DNA of 32,000 bases from Pseudoalteromonas translucida KMM 520 (GTDB taxonomy: Bacteria; Pseudomonadota; Gammaproteobacteria; Enterobacterales; Alteromonadaceae): assembly GCF_001465295.1 (NCBI RefSeq), contig NZ_CP011034.1, forward strand, positions 1,230,001 through 1,262,000, read 5' to 3'. Made by a program: the position numbers and the translations under genes. Below the pieces are notes generated by a model that ran no database searches, had not been told where the DNA came from, and saw nothing but the letters and a program-made list of their open reading frames with translations. Shown piece by piece: positions 26,279-32,000 of the stretch; position 1 is the first letter of the stretch; every line of letters begins with the position of its first letter.

Positions 26279-26683
26279 CCCATATACAGTAGTTTATACA
26301 GTGTTATGGTGCAAGTGTTTTTTTGCTAATTATTTGTACAGTCATTCAGTTTTAAATTTTTACACGGATAAAAAAACAAAAATAACTATTAAAAACAGAG
26401 CGTTAATATTTTAGATTTGTACTTTATATTTTTTACTAAAATTATGCGGCGAATAACACCTATACAGTACTTTATGCTCTATTATTTACGTTAAAGTAAA
26501 ACTAATTATTTAGCATGTAAGCACGGTAATTATTATTTTTAAAACCTAAAGTACATACGTATTACCGTGTCATATTTATTATTTCAGCTACTTCAATAAC
26601 TTAATGCATAACAAGGTAAAATGTCCGGTATTTCGCTATTTTTATGCTAAAATCTCGCCACTTTTTACTACCTTAAGTTTGTT

Positions 26684-27976
26684 ATGCTCGAAGCCTTATT
26701 TAAAATCCGCGCAAATGATTCCTCAGTACAACGTGAATGTGTTGCCGGTATGACTACTTTTATTACTATGGTTTATATTGTTTTTGTTAATCCAGCAATG
26801 CTTGCTCAAGCAGGAATGGATCAAGGCGCTGCGTTTGTAGCTACATGTATTGCAGCTGCAATAGGCTGTTTTATTATGGGCCTATGGGCCAATTATCCGT
26901 TAGCGTTAGCACCAGGTATGGGATTAAATGCTTTTTTTACCTATGGCGTTGTTTTAGGAATGGGTTATACCTGGGAAGCGGCATTAGGTGCTGTGTTTAT
27001 GTCGGGTTGTATATTTTTATTTTTAAGCTTATTTAAAGTACGAGAGTGGATTATTAATGCCATTCCACTGGTGCTTAAACAAGCAATAGCGACCGGTATT
27101 GGTGCTTTTTTGGCGCTAATTGCGCTTAAAAGTGCAGGGATCATAGTATCTAGCCCTGCAACCTTAGTGCAGCTAGGTGATATTACTGCACCTGGGCCAT
27201 TACTTGCTATTTTAAGTTTTTTTGTAATTGCGGCATTGTTATATCGCGACTTTAAAAGTGGTGTGTTAATTAGTATTTTACTGGTAACTGGTATTGCTCT
27301 GGCTTTTGGTTTGGTTGAATATAAGGGGGTTATGTCTATGCCGCCGTCAATTTTACCAACCTTTATGCAACTTGATTTTAGTGCGGCATTTGAGCTTTCA
27401 ATGTTGAGTGTTATTTTTGCATTTTTATTTGTAGATTTATTTGATACCTCAGGCACCTTGGTTGCGGTCACGCAAAAAGCAGGGCTTGCAGATGAAAAAG
27501 GCAATATGCCACGTTTAGGGCGCGCCCTTAGCGCTGATAGCACTGCAACTATTGCCGGTGCAATGTTAGGTACATCTACTACTACCTCTTATATAGAGTC
27601 GGTGGCTGGTGTTTCTGTAGGCGGACGCACAGGCTTAACAGCCGTTGTTGTGGGTATTTGTTTTTTATTGATGATGTTTTTTGCGCCACTAGCGCAAATG
27701 GTGCCAGCCTATGCCACTGCCGGTGCTATTTTATATGTTTCGGTACTTATGCTACAAAACTTAAAGTTTGTAAACTGGGACGACATGACAGATGCCATTC
27801 CTGTTAGTGTGGTGTTATTAATGACCCCGCTGACATTTTCTATTGCTCATGGTATTGCACTTGGGTTTATTTCTTACACCGCGGTTAAGGTGTTATGCGG
27901 TAAAAAGGATCAAGTAAGTATTAGTGTGTGGATTTTAACGGCATTGTTTATTGTTAAGTTTGCATTTTTATCTTAA
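26684..27976 (+). CDS. NCS2-family purine (adenine/guanine/hypoxanthine) permease, AzgA-like
   Basis: 430 aa and polytopic. The N-terminus (FKIRANDSSVQRECVAGMTTFITMVYIVFVNPAML) parallels E. coli GhxP/AdeP-type permeases. The internal DTSGT and ESVAGV motifs are also present. Confidence 0.88.
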   Translation: MLEALFKIRANDSSVQRECVAGMTTFITMVYIVFVNPAMLAQAGMDQGAAFVATCIAAAIGCFIMGLWANYPLALAPGMGLNAFFTYGVVLGMGYTWEAALGAVFMSGCIFLFLSLFKVREWIINAIPLVLKQAIATGIGAFLALIALKSAGIIVSSPATLVQLGDITAPGPLLAILSFFVIAALLYRDFKSGVLISILLVTGIALAFGLVEYKGVMSMPPSILPTFMQLDFSAAFELSMLSVIFAFLFVDLFDTSGTLVAVTQKAGLADEKGNMPRLGRALSADSTATIAGAMLGTSTTTSYIESVAGVSVGGRTGLTAVVVGICFLLMMFFAPLAQMVPAYATAGAILYVSVLMLQNLKFVNWDDMTDAIPVSVVLLMTPLTFSIAHGIALGFISYTAVKVLCGKKDQVSISVWILTALFIVKFAFLS

Positions 27977-27996
27977 AAAATTTATTTATCTATCAA

Positions 27997-28034
27997 TAAA
28001 AAAAGCCCATACAAAATTGTATGGGCTTTTTTTA
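27997..28034. terminator. bidirectional rho-independent terminator between convergent genes
   Basis: AAAAAAAGCCCATAC-aaaatt-GTATGGGCTTTTTTT, with A-run and T-run on the two sides. Confidence 0.85.
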
Positions 28035-28051
28035 TAAATTTTAGTGCCAAT

Positions 28052-28810
28052 TTACCATTTCTTTTTCGGAGCAAATAAAACATCTAGGTCATCTTGCTCT
28101 TGCTCAGTTTTCTTTTTAAGTGCACTGGCATTCGATGCCCTTAACTCAACACTAATAGCTTCTAAGTAGCCTTCTACTTCTTGGTATTTAGCAGTTACAT
28201 ATGGATCGCTATACGATACCGCACTGAGTGAGGCATGAGCTTTTTCAAAATATTGTCTAGCTGAACCTACCATACCTGCAGAGCGCGCCGATAAACCACG
28301 TTTAATTTGGCTTTCAATATTTATTTGTAACTGCAGTTTTTCCATTCGTTTGTCTTCGATTACAAATAGTTGACTATCAAGGTTACCTTTATTGTGCTCA
28401 GAGCGCAGAATAATACGTAATTTTTTTATGCCCTGTATTAGCGATACCAATTGCTTATCGTTACTAGGCAGTGAAAGCGATTCGCTATTGCTGCCTTGAA
28501 CTGGATTGTTTAAACGCTCTTTCGCTTCATTTAAACGGTTTTTTAATATTTTAGAACCAGGTGAAAGCGATACCATGGTGCTAAGCGCATCGTGATTGCG
28601 ACGCTGTAAAACACGTAGTGTATTATCTGAAAACGGGATATTAGCGTTATTCATTAACGCTTCCTCGGTTTCCTCAATAATAGCTTTTTGTTTGGTTAGT
28701 TCTTTACGGCGCTCAGCTTCTTGTTTTTCTTTATGCTGTTGCACCGCACTTACCCAAAGCGCAATCACAATAAGAGCAACAATGAGTATAATTATAATAG
28801 AGACGATCAT
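28052..28810 (-). CDS. membrane-anchored coiled-coil hypothetical protein
   Basis: 252 aa. A single N-terminal transmembrane helix (IVSIIIILIVALIVIALWV) is followed by highly charged heptad-like sequence (QQHKEKQEAERRKELTKQK..) and the C-terminus DDLDVLFAPKKKW. I recognise no enzymatic motif. Confidence 0.6.
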   Translation of the reverse strand: MIVSIIIILIVALIVIALWVSAVQQHKEKQEAERRKELTKQKAIIEETEEALMNNANIPFSDNTLRVLQRRNHDALSTMVSLSPGSKILKNRLNEAKERLNNPVQGSNSESLSLPSNDKQLVSLIQGIKKLRIILRSEHNKGNLDSQLFVIEDKRMEKLQLQINIESQIKRGLSARSAGMVGSARQYFEKAHASLSAVSYSDPYVTAKYQEVEGYLEAISVELRASNASALKKKTEQEQDDLDVLFAPKKKW

Positions 28811-29080
28811 GTTACAGTTCTCGGGTTCTAAACCTAATTGCTCAATCTTACATTAAATATATAAGAACAGGAAAACTTTGCGCTAATTAACTATAAAAGC
28901 AGGCTAAGAAAGCGTTTAAATCTTAATGCTTTATATGATAATCATTGCTATCTGAAGTATATTTATTGTGCTAGCCTAAGCCTATATTTACTAAATACGG
29001 TATTATCAATTAAAACCTACCTTTTGTTGGGTGGTCAGTTTTTAAAGATAAAGTATTTACCTCTCAAAAACGAATAATAA

Positions 29081-30073
<993 letters not shown>

Positions 30074-30136
30074 TCGTTTCGGTATCGAGCATTTTAGGTG
30101 TCTAGTATTTAGCTATTTATAGTTTAAAGTTACTAA

Positions 30137-30174
30137 TAAAAAAGCCGCCAGTTTTTAAACTGGCGGCTTTTTTA
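30137..30174. terminator. bidirectional rho-independent terminator between cysB and sdaA
   Basis: AAAAAAGCCGCCAGTTT-tt-AAACTGGCGGCTTTTTT. Confidence 0.85.
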
Positions 30175-30190
30175 ATTATTATTTAGTGTG

Positions 30191-31567
30191 TTAACACTCA
30201 ATAATATTAACGGCTAAACCACCACGAGCGGTTTCTTTATATTTAGTTTTCATGTCGTTACCGGTTTCGAGCATAGTTTTAATCACTTTATCGAGTGATA
30301 CTTTTTGCTCGCCACTACCACGAATTGCAAGGCGTGACGCATTAATTGCTTTTATCGCGCCCATGGCGTTGCGTTCAATACACGGTACTTGCACTAAGCC
30401 ACCAACAGGGTCACACGTAAGCCCTAAATTATGCTCCATGCCAATTTCGGCGGCATTTTCTACTTGTACTACATTACCACCTACAATTTCGGTAAGTGCG
30501 CCTGCAGCCATTGAGCAAGCCACGCCCACTTCACCTTGGCAACCTACTTCAGCACCCGAAATAGAGGCGTTCTTTTTATATAAAATACCGATAGCAGCGG
30601 CAGTTAATAAATAACGCGTGACTATATCGCGATCGACTTCTTTTATAAAAGTATGATAATACATAAGTACTGCTGGTAAAATACCCGCTGCGCCATTGGT
30701 AGGTGCGGTAACTACACGACCGCCTGCGGCGTTTTCTTCATTTACAGCTAAAGCAAATAAGTCGACCCAATCCATAGCTCGCAGGGGGTCGTTACTTACT
30801 TCAACATTAAGTTTTAAATGTAAATTAGGAGCACGACGTTTTACTTTTAAACCGCCGGGTAAAATCCCTTCGGTGCGCATACCACGCTCAATACAGGCTT
30901 TCATTACTTGCCAAATATTAAATAACTCGTCTTTAATGTCGTTTTCGCTGCGTAATGTTTTTTCGTTATGCATCATTAAAGTAGAAACACTGAAACCCGA
31001 CTCTTTACACATTTCTAGTAGCTCTTGTGCGCTACCAAAAGGAAAAGGTGCTGGATTTTCTTCACGAATATCAAGCGCTGCTTGTTTTTCGTTTTCAAAA
31101 TCTTGATCGGTAACAATAAAGCCACCGCCAATAGAGTAATAAATTTGGCTATAAACCTTCTCGCCATTATTAGAGGCAATAATTTCCATTGCATTAGAGT
31201 GCTTAGGCAGCGTTTTACGACGGTGAAAAACAATAGCCCCTTGCTTTGGGAATTTAGCCTTATGCGTTTGATTTAAATAAATAACTTGTTCTTTTTCAAT
31301 CGTGGCTAAAATAGTATCAACCAAATCGGCGTCGATGGTTTCAGGATCATACCCAGCAAGGCCAAGTATTACTGCTTTACCAGAGCCGTGGCCAATACCA
31401 GTTTGACCTAGCGAGCCGTACAGCTCTACTTTAATATCGGTAACGTTTGCTAATAATTGTTTTTCTTGTAGGTCATTAACAAATAAACGAGATGCGCGCA
31501 TTGGGCCAACGGTATGTGACGAAGAAGGGCCAATACCAATACTAAACATATCAAATGCACTTATCAT
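30191..31567 (-). CDS. sdaA: L-serine ammonia-lyase (L-serine dehydratase, single-chain Fe-S type)
   Basis: 458 aa. The N-terminus [25 protein letters not shown], the Cys-containing segments ([16 protein letters not shown]) and the C-terminus ..GGLAVN resemble E. coli SdaA/SdaB. Confidence 0.93.
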   Translation of the reverse strand: MISAFDMFSIGIGPSSSHTVGPMRASRLFVNDLQEKQLLANVTDIKVELYGSLGQTGIGHGSGKAVILGLAGYDPETIDADLVDTILATIEKEQVIYLNQTHKAKFPKQGAIVFHRRKTLPKHSNAMEIIASNNGEKVYSQIYYSIGGGFIVTDQDFENEKQAALDIREENPAPFPFGSAQELLEMCKESGFSVSTLMMHNEKTLRSENDIKDELFNIWQVMKACIERGMRTEGILPGGLKVKRRAPNLHLKLNVEVSNDPLRAMDWVDLFALAVNEENAAGGRVVTAPTNGAAGILPAVLMYYHTFIKEVDRDIVTRYLLTAAAIGILYKKNASISGAEVGCQGEVGVACSMAAGALTEIVGGNVVQVENAAEIGMEHNLGLTCDPVGGLVQVPCIERNAMGAIKAINASRLAIRGSGEQKVSLDKVIKTMLETGNDMKTKYKETARGGLAVNIIEC

Positions 31568-31667
31568 AATGTGTCTCTTCTGTGTTTACTCAGCACTAGG
31601 CTGCTTTTTTGAACGGTCGTGTATAGTAACGCTAAATTGTGACTATGTAACCATTAATCAAGAACAT

Positions 31668-32000
31668 TTAAACTGGTAAGGCGAGTTGTTTTGTAAAGTT
31701 TTTTATGATGCTTGCAGTGGCACCCCAAAGTAAACCATGTGGGGTATTGTAACCATATAAAATAATGGTTTTACCAAAGCGCTGAAAAGGCAGGGGTTGC
31801 CAATTAGACTCGTTAGTTAAATCACGCAGTGGTAATAAAAAACTAGCTTGTACCTCGTTATGATCGTTCTCCCAAATGGTGTGTTTATTAAGCACGCCAA
31901 CAAAGGGGCTAATATTAAAGCCGGTGAGTGTTGAGTACAAAGGTAATTGGCCAAACACTTTAACATTACTGGGCGTAATATTTAGCTCTTCATTTAGCTC
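31668..32000 (-). CDS. nudL: CoA pyrophosphatase, Nudix family (N-terminal part lies outside the window)
   Basis: The frame stays open to the window edge: 333 nt, or 111 codons, with no stop upstream of the internal GTG at 31958. The C-terminal region (..FGQLPLYSTLTGFNISPFVGV.., LWGATASII) parallels E. coli NudL (YeaB), which also sits next to sdaA. Confidence 0.75.
   Translation of the reverse strand, partial: ELNEELNITPSNVKVFGQLPLYSTLTGFNISPFVGVLNKHTIWENDHNEVQASFLLPLRDLTNESNWQPLPFQRFGKTIILYGYNTPHGLLWGATASIIKNFTKQLALPV

Noticed and set aside
26400-26683. Purine riboswitch or PurR operator in front of the NCS2 permease.
   Set aside because: I could not find the conserved purine-riboswitch junction sequences or a PurR-like 16-bp palindrome. 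Only the widely spaced 9-bp inverted repeat is reported, as a low-interest finding.

Overview
This window looks like an ordinary chromosomal segment of a roughly 40% G+C marine gammaproteobacterium. Gene content and protein sequences look Alteromonadales or Pseudoalteromonas-like, but the taxon is inferred and was not searched.

I found no transposase, integrase, phage gene, CRISPR array or recognisable defence gene. The gene order is:
- pgi (5' truncated), zwf and pgl
- a TonB-dependent receptor, followed by a divergent pair: a 2OG-oxygenase-like hypothetical and a SapC-family protein
- a secreted isoaspartyl peptidase/asparaginase and hrpA
- a stand-alone receiver plus PilZ mini-operon
- rlmI, an HD hydrolase and a VOC protein
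- an HD-GYP response regulator with an MHYT-PAS-hybrid histidine kinase
- a YgjP-like metallohydrolase, tRNA-Tyr and two small or unknown ORFs
- a REC-GGDEF cyclase, ychJ and a sulA-like gene with an SOS box
- an NCS2 purine permease, a membrane coiled-coil protein, cysB, sdaA and nudL (truncated)

The points most worth a second look are:
1. The function-unknown TonB receptor / oxygenase-like / SapC module. Two of its promoters carry the same near-palindromic CG-centred operator sitting on the -35 element.
2. An RpfC/RpfG-like phosphorelay whose sensor is an MHYT membrane domain and whose output is an HD-GYP phosphodiesterase. It lies in an 11 kb neighbourhood that also encodes a PilZ protein, an orphan receiver and a REC-GGDEF cyclase.
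3. A tRNA-Tyr gene that is intact except for a perfect 9-nt tandem duplication inside the D-loop.
4. A nested palindromic 13-bp tandem repeat upstream of the cyclase.
5. An SOS box flanked by extra direct half-sites in front of sulA.

All family assignments come from motifs read by eye in the translations. No database search was run.
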